The notes under the pieces: generated by a model
Told to the model about the DNA's origin: nothing
The model's database searches: none
Seen by the model: the letters and a program-made list of their open reading frames with translations, nothing else
Program-made: the position numbers and the translations under genes
Shown: piece after piece, positions 11,208 through 23,214 of the stretch
Layout: every line of letters starts with the position of its first letter
Numbering within the stretch: position 1 is the first letter of the stretch
NCBI GenBank assembly: GCA_002189035.1
Contig: CM007990.1
Coordinates: 6,076,001 to 6,140,000, forward strand
Reading direction: 5' to 3'
Source: Utricularia gibba
Taxonomy: Eukaryota; Plantae; Magnoliophyta
DNA: 64,000 bases

Positions 11208-12290
11208 ATGGGCCTTCCGGGATTCCCTTGCCTGCTCCTTGCTCTCTTTATCTTTCTTGTTCGTCACGGCGATGCCATTCGCTCCTTTCCGGTCGACGAC
11301 GCCGGCGGCTATCTCGGCTTCACGGAGGCGCCGGAATACCGGGATGGCGTCGGGTGCCCCAAGATCCCGCGGGACGCCTCGGGTGCGACGTGTCACCCGG
11401 AGATGATTCACGTCGCGATGACGCTGGACTCCGAGTACCTGCGCGGCTCCGTCTCCGGGGTCCACTCCGTCCTCCGCCACGCTTCCTGTCCCGAACGCCT
11501 TTTCTTTCACTTCATCGCGGCGGAGTTCAACCCGGAGAGCCCCCGCGTCCTGACCCGGCTGGTGAGGTCCGTATTCCCGTCGCTCAACTTCAGAGTCTAC
11601 ATTTTCCGTGAAGACCGAGTCATTAATCTCATATCCTCCTCCATCCGCTCCGCCCTGGAGAATCCGTTGAACTACGCACGGAATTACCTAGGCGACATAC
11701 TCGACCCGTGCGTCGACCGGGTCATCTATCTGGATTCGGATCTCGTGCTCGTCGACGACATCGCCAAGCTCTGGGAGGTAAAACTCACCGCCGGGAGACT
11801 CATCGGAGCTCCGGAATACTGTCACGCCAATTTCACCAAATACTTCACAGCGAATTTCTGGTCCGACCCGGAACTAAACCGCGCATTCGGATCCCGCAAC
11901 CCCTGCTACTTCAACACAGGGGTGATGTTGATGGATCTGGGGAAATGGAGGGAGGGGAATTTTCAGGAAAGACTGGAGAAATGGATGGAGGTCCAGAGGC
12001 AGAATCGGATCTACGAACTGGGTTCACTGCCGCCGTTCCTGCTGGTTTTCGGCGGCGACGTGGAGCCGATAGATCACAGATGGAATCAGCACGGGCTCGG
12101 AGGGGACAACGTGGCGGGATCGTGCAGGCCCCTGCACCCAGGTCCGGTGAGCCTGATGCACTGGAGCGGAAAAGGGAAGCCCTGGGTGAGGCTGAACGGG
12201 AGGCGGCCGTGTCCGCTGGATCATCTCTGGGAGCCCTACGATTTGTTCAAGGGTACAAGGTTTCGGGCGAAGGGTACAACCGCGTCATAG
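11208..12290 (+). CDS. GATL: Galacturonosyltransferase-like (GT8, GATL9/LGT8 group), intronless
   Basis: HVAMTLDSEYLRGS, LENPLNYARNYL, VIYLDSD (DxD), CYFNTGVM, IYELGSLPPFLL, HWSGKGKPW. Confidence 0.95.
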   Translation: MGLPGFPCLLLALFIFLVRHGDAIRSFPVDDAGGYLGFTEAPEYRDGVGCPKIPRDASGATCHPEMIHVAMTLDSEYLRGSVSGVHSVLRHASCPERLFFHFIAAEFNPESPRVLTRLVRSVFPSLNFRVYIFREDRVINLISSSIRSALENPLNYARNYLGDILDPCVDRVIYLDSDLVLVDDIAKLWEVKLTAGRLIGAPEYCHANFTKYFTANFWSDPELNRAFGSRNPCYFNTGVMLMDLGKWREGNFQERLEKWMEVQRQNRIYELGSLPPFLLVFGGDVEPIDHRWNQHGLGGDNVAGSCRPLHPGPVSLMHWSGKGKPWVRLNGRRPCPLDHLWEPYDLFKGTRFRAKGTTAS

Positions 12291-13396
12291 ATACAGCGTC
12301 CGGTCTGGTTTTCCCTTGGGGGGTAACCGGTAAAGAAACATTCTTTGATGTGTAGAGAAGGTCGTCCCTGTCAATTGATTGGATTGGAGTTTATAATTAA
12401 AGGTCAATTTTTTTCTGAATATAATTTGAATATATTTCCGGTCCCTCTCCCTGCTAATCACCATCTCTCCCTCCCTCTGATTATTTGGCGTATTCCAATA
12501 CGCGTGAGCTGCTTACTCCTCGGGGGTGCCGCCCACACCTCAGGCACAGTTCGCGTCGTGTATTATTGGAGGAGGAGGATGAGATCCCCCCATTTCGCGG
12601 TTTCCACTCAGACCTCTCTCTAATGGCGCCGAGCTTCACTCGCCTGGATGTGTAGCGTGGGCCTTCTCGAATCACTTCTACCTACCCGCGAATGATAATC
12701 GTCAATGCGCCTCCTCTGACTTTCTTCAAGATTCCTTCTCACGGTGCAGAGTTTATCGATATCTCCGCCAACTCTTCAGCTACACGGTCAATCCATGGGA
12801 TTTATGGCATTCGAGCTTTGTTTATTCCTCATTCTTTAGATTCTTCGCGTTTTCTTCTTATTTTAGATTGTAGACGCAAGGGCTTCACTTTTTTTTAAGC
12901 GGGATCTTCGAACGGTAGCTTAGCTGCGAGCATAGGATTTTTTCTTACTCAATGGTTTTCTATGTGCAACTTTCACCCTGATTTTTTTGGTGCTATTTCG
13001 AGGACGTGGTTGTTCTCTATTAGCTCCCTACAGTGGGTATGGTTTCACTGTACTTTACTCATCTCATGGGGTAGATTCCTTGTTCCCTAAAAATCTATTG
13101 AAGGTACAGCTTTTATGTCCGTTGTGTGGGCATGCTTGGCCCATTTGATTAAGATCTTGCTCGGGATTGTCCTATTCACTTGCACATTTTCAATAGATTG
13201 TGTGCTGTCATTCGTCGAATTGTGGAATCTGAACGTGGTTTTTTATGAGATGGTGGATTAATTGAGACAGAAGCGTAGCCTTGTAGATACTCGAGTTATT
13301 GCTCATTGGGTGGTATCCCCCTTCTCTGCAATGACATGCGAATTCATTCTTATTTCAGATCCAAGGGGAAAGCGAGGATCTTGAATTTTGAAAGGA

Positions 13397-15516
13397 ATGG
13401 ATGTCTCAATGAAATCTGAATCAAGATTGGATGTGTCAGTTTCATTTGGTCGATATGCAAATGATGCACTGTCTTGGGAGAAGTGGTCATCTTTCTCGCC
13501 GAATAAGTATCTGGAAGAAATTGGAAGCTTATCAACGCCTGGCTCTGTTGCTCAGAAGAAGGCCTACTTTGAGGCTCATTACAAGAAGATCTCAGCTCAC
13601 AAAGCTGTGATGTCAGGGCGGGAAAATCTGATAGCCCCTGATGTTTCAAGCAATGATGCTCCTGGAAACATTTCGTCTGACATGAGCAATGAATCAGTAG
13701 CCCTAAACGATGCAAAGTTTGTCGAAGAAGTCATAGGAGATTCCTGTTTGATTGTTTCTTCCTCCAAAGGCATCGCGAAACACACAGAAGACGTTAACGA
13801 ATTATCATCTGGAGGTATTAGCTTTGCTGCTCGGATGTATGCAATAGCCTCTGATGGGGAAAGGGTGAATGTTCCTAGGGTGAATCTGCTGGCCAAAGAT
13901 GAGCCGGGTGACAGTGCAACTCTTCCCGAGTTCAATGCAATAAATGATTCTGGATTGGATATTGTAGATTCTCATCAAATTCTCTCTGATTCGGGGAAAA
14001 ACACCATCCTTGAGAAATCTGTTGCCATTAAAGCAAAGAAATCCAATTTGAATCAAACTGGCAACACTGTTCGAAAGGTAAAATAGCGTCTTGTTTACCC
14101 TTTCTGTTACAGTTTTCTGGTGTCACTGTTGATCCCATTTTGCACCTGTGGTAGTCCACTACAGTGAAAAAGGAAACATGTTCAGCTGGAAGCGTGAAAA
14201 AAGTTGTGTCATCATCGAAGCAATTGCCAGCACGTACGAATTTAAAATCAGTGTCAACCTCAACTCCCACATCTGATTCTCAAGCTTCGAAAAAAAAGGT
14301 TAATGGATCACCCAGCAGAGAAGTAAGACTCTCCTGGCTCGAGATAGCAAGAAAATAGCTCCTACATCATTGCACTTGTCCCTTAATTCTGGTCCTGCGG
14401 CATCTTTTGTTGCTCACTCAACATTAAGGAAGTCATCAGTTTTGGAAAATATGGGGATAAGGATATTGTTAGACGTGCTTTCAAGACCTTTAATAAGAGG
14501 GATGATGCTTCTGTTTCTGCTGAGAAGGCATATTCATCGAAGCATGTTAGTGGTTTAACTTTACAGGTTTATATCTCTCTATGATAATCCAATAATTGTA
14601 CGTTTTTGCCTGCCACAAACAGTGTCTTTCCACTTAATATTATGCTGTCTTAACTTGGCAGGAATTCTCTTCCCTCCTGAGCTAAAGAGGGCCATTTCTC
14701 GGACCCCTGTGAAGGGAAATGAAGGGTATATACTTGTCGTTCTGATAGTAAGAAAATTAGAATGATGCATGCGGCTATGAAAGATTTCTCATTTCGTGTC
14801 AGAAATCTGGTTTCCTGCTTTTTTCATTCCCAGATCGAAATTTTGTTGGTGCTATTTGCTGGAGTGAATTTTAGATCGTGCCATGGACTTATGGATCTCC
14901 TTTTTGAATCTTCCGCACTTTCGATAAATCTGATGAGAGATGTCCAGCTCTCTGATATGTGATCACTTCGTTTACTCGCAAGTCTTCTATAGATGAACAA
15001 ATCATACTGACAGAAATCCAATTTTCAGGCTGAACAAGGAATCTGAGAAGATAACTACGAGGACTGCATCAAGTACAAGATCGAACCCTTTGCCCGGGTA
15101 ACATTTTTCTCCCTTTCATCATTTTTCATCTTTCTTGAATACTCAAACTGAGGATTCTTGACTTATTCACAGATCACATAAGAAGTATGAAATGGGTTCA
15201 TCACCGCGCGTTTCGACTATTGAGAAGCCGAGAGAGGTATTGGTGGCCCCTCATCTACTCCCCATTGGTTACTTGCATACATGGCTTATTTCATTTTTGC
15301 CAACGGTAAATCATGCTGCAGCTCCCAAGTAAGTTGCGGTCAAAACCAAACCTAAATGTGGCTGGAAATGCTAAGCAAAGCGAAGTCTCAAAGGCAAGCT
15401 GCAAGGCTAAAGCAGAATGCCCCTATACTGATGATTCAGATTTTGAAAGATTGATTCCTATCATGCAGGTGGCCATCAGGAATGAGAAACTAAGCCAATC
15501 GCTATCGATCAGGTAA
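13397..15516 (+). CDS. WVD2-like 7-related microtubule-associated protein (At1g70100/At1g24160 type), multi-exon
   Basis: VSVSFGRYANDALSWEKWSSFSPNKYLEE...PGSVAQKKAYFEAHYKK N-terminal motif. The SLHLSL...ENMG-DKDIVRRAFKTF motif needs one extra G at 14453-14456. 3' exons and stop are uncertain. Confidence 0.7.
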
Positions 15517-15908
15517 GAACTCTTTGTCGCATTATGAAATTACAGTACGTTGTCAAAGCGAGGCTTTCCAAGGACTATGGGGTGTACTAGTTTTGTGTAG
15601 AGAAGAACCTGATTATCATGGCCTTTTGCCCAATCCTCAGCTGATGCTTGTATGTACTTCAGCAGTTGCCTCTATTATCCAAAAGCAAGCAGTATTTCTG
15701 ATCATGTACTAACTGTTTGGGTTAGTTCCAAGGCAAAGGTAGTGAAAAAAATGTAACGGAGCATTACATGTGCTAGTGCTCTGCTCAACGGCTGACTTTC
15801 CTTACATTTGTTGTAATAAATCATTTGCATAAACCAACGAGAAGCAGCAACATCTGTGTCTGATTTCTTTCTTGACCAACTCATTTTTCCATTATTTCAT
15901 CTGACCTG

Positions 15909-18321
15909 TTACACACTGTCCGAGTCCGAGTCTGAGGCTTGAGACAGAATCTGTCGGAAGTTCAGGGAACCTGAAGGCCCTCTGTGATCCTCATGCGGGC
16001 CAGAAGACGAGCTGACCAAATATTTCATCTTTTCCCCTTTTTGCACGTTCCGGGTGATTTCGAGACAGACCTGATCAACCATTGCCAGGAAATCTCTTAT
16101 GATGACGAACAACTGAAATGGATTCTTCTCGTAGTCCTTTGATGACCCTGCATGGTAGTAGTTCGTCGTTCTCTTCACAAACTCCATTACGCGAGTTTGC
16201 TCTTCTTTAACTACTTGCATCTCCATTTCTGCAGTTTCAAGAAACCGCTTCATTCTGTCGGGAAATCTTCCCTCGGATCCACATTTCTCCACACTCCTCC
16301 CAATTTCAGGAATCTGGGTCTCCAAGGCTGATATGGCTTTGACAAGAGCATCGTTGTCCAAAGTTGCTGCCTTTTTCACGTTAGAGAATTCTGAACTTAA
16401 ACCGCCTACGATGGGCAACCCATAGATCATGTATTCTCTCTCTGTATCTTCATTCTGCGAACTCTGTTTTTTGTTCCTCAAGCAGCGCTTTCCCTCTGCA
16501 CGAACCACTTCTTGGACAACAAACTGGAGGAGTGTAGTTTTTCCATCAGAACCTTTAACGTCAGATAGTTTATTCAGAGCATTGAGGTTGAAAGCCTGTG
16601 CATTTCCTCTCCATGTGCCTGCGTTTAATCTGTTCCCGGTCTTGAGAACAGCTTCCAGAAGCTTCATGAACAACCCACGAGTTCTTAGTTCTTTGCAGGC
16701 ATATTCAAGAGACTGCAAAGATTCTCTGACGTGGGAAACCTCGGAGTCATAGGTTGCCTTAAAGAGCATAGCTTTGGAACGGGTGAAGGCAGAAGGGACA
16801 GCTCTGAGGAGATGGTAGAGGAATGATTCAGCGTCTGCAAGTTTAGTGGGATCTCCATCAAATGCGAGAAGTTGGGATGTTTCTTCTTGTGTTGGGGCAA
16901 TTTTTCCAAGTTTTTCAATGGTCTCAACGTGAAGGCCGTGCCCTTCAATGAGTGAATCCATGATTTCTTCACGTGTGGCACCCAGAGATTTCAGCACAAT
17001 AGCTGTGTTCTGAGATTTACGAGGATCAAGGATGAAACTGTGAGAAGGTGGGCCTGTTTTTGCTTGTCTAGGAGTGGATGATAAGTCATTGCTTATGGTG
17101 TTAGCTGTGTATCCGAACAGCAATTCCATTAGATCACCATCGAAGCTGCAGAGAAATGAAACCTTGTAAAAGAAGGGAAGCAGTAGAAGGGATTGAATCT
17201 AGAGTGGGCGAATGCCTTACCTGAAAGAGCCCTTGATAACGTTATCCCACACCATGGAATGGTCAGGATTTGGATTCACCTTTTCCCAGTGCAGAGGCTT
17301 CAGTTTGACTTCTGCATCTCTGTTTCTTGGCGTGGTTTCTCCGGGGGAGACGACAACGCCGAAGCGTCGGCTCTCAGCTTAGGGGGCAGAGGTTGAGCAG
17401 GAGGACGTCGTCTGCTGGGCGGTAGCGGTAGAGGAGGAACCGGTGCAGCCAACGAAGCTTGATTGGACCGTGGGGTGGTGGAGCAGGGCGTTTGATTGGC
17501 GGTGGCGGTGGAGGAGGAGTGGCTGCAGCCAGCGAAGACTGTGTTGACAGTGTGGGCAGTGGAGTAGGACGTTTGATGGGTGGCGGCGGTGGAGGTGGCG
17601 GAGCAATTCGGGACGGAGCCACCTCAACATCAACCGACAAGGACTGCAGCGGAGGAGAGGATGGTCTGTTTCCAAATCGAAGATGCGAATCTCGTATTTC
17701 CTCCAGTCTCCGATCCGTATCAACCCTGAAACCTCCATGAGAAGTAGAAAACATACTCTGGAGAAGAAGAAGTTTTTCACTCGAGGGCGATGATTCTTGG
17801 GTAATCGCCGTTGCTCGCTGGTCATCGTCTAAGCTTCTATAGATCTGTTTCTTGAAGTTTAATCCGTTTCCGCCGTGTTCCCAAATCCTCCAATACACCA
17901 TATCCACCCCATTCTCATCCACGATCACTCCCTTCAGATCCCAGTTCACGCGAAGAAAAACATCATTCAATGACAACACCGTCTTCCGGTCTTCATCCGA
18001 CGCTAAACCAGGTACCCTGTTTCGCTGGTCGAATCCGCAGCACCACAGGAACAAAACTAAAAAAGTCCCAGATATAGCCAAAGTAGTCGTAAATGTCACC
18101 GCGACAGCCCCCCAAGTCGATAATACTCTCGGAGGCGGAGGAGACAAACTAGGCGGAGGCGAAGGTGGAGGTGGAAGTGGAGGCGGGTGAAGGAAGGGGT
18201 AGAATGCCTGCTTGTTCTGCTCGTAAGGTGTTTGAGAATATGCCCCAGTGATGATAACCGAAGCAAAGATGAGGAGGAGGAAGCGAAGGCTCGAAGTTGA
18301 CGCCGGCATGGACATGGACAT
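15909..18321 (-). CDS. FH8: Class I formin (signal peptide, TM, FH1, FH2), FH8/FH4 group; apparent frameshifts in FH1
   Basis: Signal peptide [17 protein letters not shown]; TM helix; Pro-rich FH1; [13 protein letters not shown]...DHSMVWD; intron; [12 protein letters not shown]; [31 protein letters not shown]; [16 protein letters not shown]. Confidence 0.9.
17445..17610 (-). repeat. Imperfect ~81-nt (27-aa) tandem repeat within formin FH1
   Basis: [11 protein letters not shown]...QxSLAA occurs twice. Anchors GCAGCC at 17445/17525 and TTTGAT at 17491/17572. Confidence 0.75.
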
Positions 18322-18637
18322 GGCCAGGCAACAGGGCGGGAGTGCCTCGGAGACGATTCTCCATTTGTTGACGGTGCGCCCACCCCGAATCGTAATTGTC
18401 AACGCAGACAGCCGGCGTTGATTCATTCATTCATTCCCCTGCCGGCACCTACGCCGTTGACTACATATCTAGAGGATGCGGTTATTGTTGGGCTTTCGCG
18501 ACCGGCCCATTTTCGGTGGGCATTAAATGCGTGCGTCAAAGATAGGCCGACGGCCCCAGTCGTTGTTCCAACAAACCCTCTTCATTGCCTCCTTTGAATA
18601 CCCACCCAATCAATCCCATTTTATTTAATTACGCCCC

Positions 18638-18657
18638 GCCCAGCCCAGCCCAGCCCA
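18638..18657. promoter_or_regulatory. (GCCCA)4 site II-like array in the divergent formin / DnaJ promoter
   Basis: gcccagcccagcccagccca read directly; reverse complement is TGGGC repeats. Confidence 0.5.
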
Positions 18658-19005
18658 AACCCAACCCATCCCTTGGTATAAATAAGAAAGCAATTTTTCT
18701 ATAATTTCCAAAATCCTAGGAACGGTCTGGTCTCTCTCTCTCTCACTTGGTTGCTGGGTTGAGTTGAGGTGGGGAACTCTACGACACTGGGGAAGAAGGG
18801 CTTTCCTTCGATAATCCCTATTGTTGATCCGGGGGAGGATTTGCCCCGGCATTGGCTTTCCTTTTTTCGAATTTCATTCTCGGGAGCCATTCTGGAGGGG
18901 TTTGGGTTGTATTCATGTTGCTGGGGAAAATGCCGGATTCCTCGGAGATCTGACCCGTTGATGATCTTCTTCCTTTTTTCTTGGCTTTTGTAAATCTGGA
19001 ACGAA

Positions 19006-21332
19006 ATGCCGGGTACCAAGGAGAAAGGGGGTGTTAAGCAGCAGCTGCGGCGGGATCCGTACGAGGTTTTGGGGTCAATAGGAGCTCTACGGATCAAGAA
19101 ATTAAGAGCGCGTACCGGAAGTTAGCGTTGAAGTACGAAGCTTTACCTGTTATTGTCGATACTCTTGAATTTTGGTTTGGAGATTTGTTACAACGGTCGA
19201 TTCATGTGCCTTGAAATTGGTGATTCCCGGTACAAACTTTGTCTCTCTGGCTGTTCTGTGAATTTCAGGTACCATCCTGATAAAAATCCAAATAATCCTG
19301 AAGCTGCTGATATCTTCAAAGAGGTCACTTTCGCGTCCAGCATTTTGTTAAATCCAGATAAAAGACGGCAATATGATGTAGCCGGTTTTGAGGTGATTTT
19401 TTTCTGAATGACTGATCCACGGTATTTTGGTTCCGCGCTGTGCTTTTGCGTTCAAGTTTGAAGTTTCACGTTGCATCAGGCTGTTGAATCGAGTAGCCAG
19501 GATCTGGAACTTGATCTTTCAAGTTTAGGAACTGTTACTACTGTATTTGCTGCAATTTTCAGGTTAGTCTGTGTACCTCATGAGATTCTACACTCTCAAT
19601 TGGTCAAATCACAGCATGACTTCGCGTTGTTTCTGGTACCAGCAAGCTTGGAGTTCATATCAGAACTACAGTCGCAGCCACGGTTTTGGAGGAGGCATTG
19701 AATGGTTCTGTAACTATCCGCCCTCTCTCGCTTGGGAAGCCTTTGTGTGAAAAGGTACACCGTTTATTATACTACAGAGACGGTTCGAATATAACTTGCG
19801 TTTCATCTTGATATCAGGTGGAAAAGCAGTCTGCTCATTTTTATTCAGTAACCATAACAGAAAAGGAAGCAAGGGCAGGAATCGTGTGCAGAGTTTATGC
19901 AACGGAAAAATGCAAGTTTAAGGTACTTTATTTTCTTCTACAGCATTACACCAAATGCTCGCTGTTTTATCTTTTTCCTCGATGACTGTGTATCTATTGG
20001 CTTTTGCAGCTATTGTACTTTGACAAGGAGCAGAATGGTGGGCTGAGTCTTGCTTTACAGGTTGAGATCCTGATTCATATTTTCAATCTTCAGTTTGTTT
20101 CCTTGGACGTAACTTAACTGCACTTTCCATATGCAATACGCTGGAGTTATAATCAAAAAATCATGTTTCCATATGTTTTTTTAAAATTTTCCCAACATAA
20201 AACCAAACTTTGTGACTCTTTACCTCCAACCTTCGTGGATTATATCAGAGATAAACTGGTAGGACGAAAAAATGCTGTTTTTTTCCCTCGAAATCAAAGT
20301 ATTGGCAAGAAGTTTGACCCTGGCACAACTGGAAATTTGTAATGATAGTGCAATTTCATGATGTTCACTGCCCAGTTTCTGTTTGTAGGAGGACAGTTCA
20401 AAAAGGAAGCCTGCATCTGCTGCCATGTTCTTCCTTGGGTTCCCTGTCTACAGGATGGATCACATACAATACCCTGTGAGTATATTTGCTGTAACGAACT
20501 ATTCAAAATGTCGAACACCCTCTTTTTTTTTTCCTTATGATTATTGCGGATCTTGGTACAGCTAGCAGCTTCAAAAGACCCTGAGGCTGCTTTTTTCAGG
20601 AAGCTGGATGGCTTTCAGCCATGCGAAATGACAGAACTGAAGTCCGGCACTCATTATTTTGCAGTTTATGGTGCAACAACGAATCCTTCAGCACTGCCTT
20701 ATTACTGGCAACTCGAATCTTATTGTGGCTAACACATTTTTTTTCTGTTTGGGACTGCAGGAGATAATTTTTTCAAAAGTGTGAGCTACACTATCGAAGT
20801 TCTTTCTGCTGCATCCTTTTCTGAAGAGAAAGAAAATCTGAGATCTGTGGAAACACAAATTTTGGAAAAAAGAGCCGAACTTGCTAAATTTGAGACCCAA
20901 TACAACGAGGTTTGCAGTTGTTTGAATCCCAGCAATGGTCTTTATCTCAGGCTTGTGTTGTTGCTTATCTTCTAGCGAACCAAGCAGGTCCTAGCACAAT
21001 TTTCCGGGATGACGAGTAGATATGCGCAAGAAATGCAAAGTGTAAGCTGAAGATTGGCGACCGTGATCCTGCGTACTCTACTCTTCCCATCTCTGTTTTG
21101 TGTTAACAACTTAACTTGGGTGCCTTGGTGAACAGATTGACGAGCTACTTAAAGAATGGCATGGCGTGCGTGCTTCGTATACGATAGCGCCACAGGTGAA
21201 GCAGAGCAGAAGCACGAGCAAGGACACCGAAGACGCCCCCCTCGCGACAAAAGCAAGAGGCGGGATAAGATGAAGAGGAAAATATGGCAACACTGGAAGT
21301 TGGAAAAACGGAAGCCCTGCGGCGTCGACTGA
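19006..21332 (+). CDS. ARL1: ARG1-like DnaJ chaperone (dnaJ16/ARL1), multi-exon
   Basis: [35 protein letters not shown] (HPD), [49 protein letters not shown]. The end KLEKRKPC needs +1 C at 21236-21241; the J-domain needs +1 G at 19071-19074. Confidence 0.9.
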
Positions 21333-21645
21333 CTGAGTATGCCGGCCATTGCCAGTTACCGCGGCGCGTGCAGAGTACTCTCCCCTCCTGATCAATTCCT
21401 TGATTATAGTAGTGTAAATTTATGACCTCGGACTTGTCTCTCGGAGAACCTGGTGAACGCAGCCGGTTGTACCGTCCGTCCGTCTCTCCGTAACCTTCCT
21501 CTGCCCCTTCGTTATTTTATGTTGTAAATCTTTTGTATTTTTATTTTCAAAATATTTATTGCTGTATGAGAAAGAATCCTGGAAGAGAGAATCTTAGGGA
21601 GAAAAGAATTAAAAAGACATGTCAAGGACGAAACTCCATGGCCGT

Positions 21646-22635
21646 TCAGTTGGAGGACAGCGAATTCGGAGAGTCGCATTTCCGGCGGATTTCGCCTTTC
21701 CGCCCCGTCTTCACCCCGAGAACACTAACCTTCTCCATGGAGTGAGCAAAAGCTTGGAAGAAGGCGTTCTGATCCTTGGCGTACGTATCCACAAATGGCT
21801 TCGTTCTTGGATCGAACGCCATGGCCTGATCGCTGGCTAGCAGCGACACACCCCTCTGCAAGTTTTGGAAATATGAGTTGTCGAATCTCCCCGGGCTCAT
21901 CGGATCGTTGAAGGCAGCGATTGTGGGATCCTTTTTGTAGTTTTTGCAGAGGTTTCGTAGACCTTGGGCGTAGTCAGGATTGATGGAAGGATCGATTTGA
22001 GAGGATTTGCTGAAATTGAAGATTCTGGAGGCGAATTCGGAGCAGTGGGTGAATCCGATGGTGTGTGCGCCGGTGAGGGCAACCATTTCCTGGACATTGA
22101 ATCCCTTGGCAGCGAAGATGTTGATGATGTTGGAGATTGTCATGTTGGGTAGGGCAATATGGCCGTCGACGTCGCTGGCGTGGGATTCGAACGCGTCTTT
22201 GCGGCCGAGGCGGACGGGGTAATACGGCCCGCCGACCATCGAGATGAGATCTCGAGTCGCCTCGGCCAGGATGTCGGAGCAGGAGACGGTGCCGGGGCAG
22301 GCGAGTTCCAGCTTGGTTTTAGCGCGGATGACGAGGTCGAATGCGTCGCCGGGGAGTGCGCGATTGGCTTCGTAGTCGCGTTCTGCGAGATTGAAGGGGG
22401 TGGAGGAGAGGAGGAGGGAGGCGTCGCAGCCCCCGACGACGCAATCGTGGAAGAAGAGGCGGAGGGTGCCGGCGGCGGTGGTGGGGATGGACAGTTGCTT
22501 CTCCACCACCACGTCCTGGACGATTGTACCGAATTGAGGGCATGCTTTGTGGTAGTAGTCGAGGGAGAGCTTGGAATGCGCCGGCGGGAGGATGGGCAGG
22601 AGGAAGAGAATTGGAAGCAGAACCGTTGGCGCCAT
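21646..22635 (-). CDS. Class III secretory peroxidase (PER6/PER63 group), intronless
   Basis: Signal peptide; TLRLFFHDCVVGGCDAS (distal His); VSCSDILA; VALTGAHTIG (proximal His); GEIRRKC. First ATG is at 22635; the ORF-track start at 22677 is GTG. Confidence 0.95.
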   Translation of the reverse strand: MAPTVLLPILFLLPILPPAHSKLSLDYYHKACPQFGTIVQDVVVEKQLSIPTTAAGTLRLFFHDCVVGGCDASLLLSSTPFNLAERDYEANRALPGDAFDLVIRAKTKLELACPGTVSCSDILAEATRDLISMVGGPYYPVRLGRKDAFESHASDVDGHIALPNMTISNIINIFAAKGFNVQEMVALTGAHTIGFTHCSEFASRIFNFSKSSQIDPSINPDYAQGLRNLCKNYKKDPTIAAFNDPMSPGRFDNSYFQNLQRGVSLLASDQAMAFDPRTKPFVDTYAKDQNAFFQAFAHSMEKVSVLGVKTGRKGEIRRKCDSPNSLSSN

Positions 22636-23135
22636 CGAACGAACGGTGGAAGGGGAAAGGAGTAAATTGTTTTTCACCTCCGCTTCAAATGTAAACTGGT
22701 GACTCGTTGACCGTACTTATTTCACCCAGGGCCTCCTCCTCCGCCATTCCCTCGCTTCCATCCATCGCTTCTTCTTCTTCTTCACGTGGGTCTGGGCCTT
22801 GGGCGCCATCCGAGTCCGATGACCAAACCACCGCACCCGGTGGGCCTGCCCTCTGCCGGCCCGAAAAACCCCAGTCATGACTGATGACTTATGATGATTC
22901 TCATCATCCCCATTCCTATAGGTAATTAACTTTCGACCCTCTCCTTTCTGGTTATTTCCAAACGTGGTTCAAAATCTGGTGCTCTTTTCAGATGCTGACA
23001 AATGAAGGAATAATGAGAAATATTAGTGGTGTCCATTTCTATATCTCCAATTCCAAAGCGGAGAGCGGGTTGAGAGCAACCACAGTGGGAATCACACTCA
23101 TCCCTCCCCCACTCTCGCCACCCACCACTGCCAAC

Positions 23136-23183
23136 ATGCCGCCGTATTTCCCGGCGAGCCTCCTCCCACCAAAAATAGACTAG
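23136..23183 (+). other. Candidate uORF (MPPYFPASLLPPKID*) upstream of CYCD1
   Basis: AACATGC start context; TAG ends 31 nt before the main ATG; overlaps an E2F-like TTTCCCGG (23147-23154). Confidence 0.4.
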
Positions 23184-23214
23184 GTCTCGCTCCAACCCCT
23201 TGAAACTCTCACTC

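Noticed and set aside
22159-22665. 168-aa plus-strand ORF opposite the peroxidase; similar shadow ORFs at 11145-11611, 17379-17825, 45867-46605, 62167-62583 and 62537-63031
   Set aside because: These are antisense or alternate-frame shadows of GC-rich or repetitive coding sequence with no family motifs; the real genes explain them.
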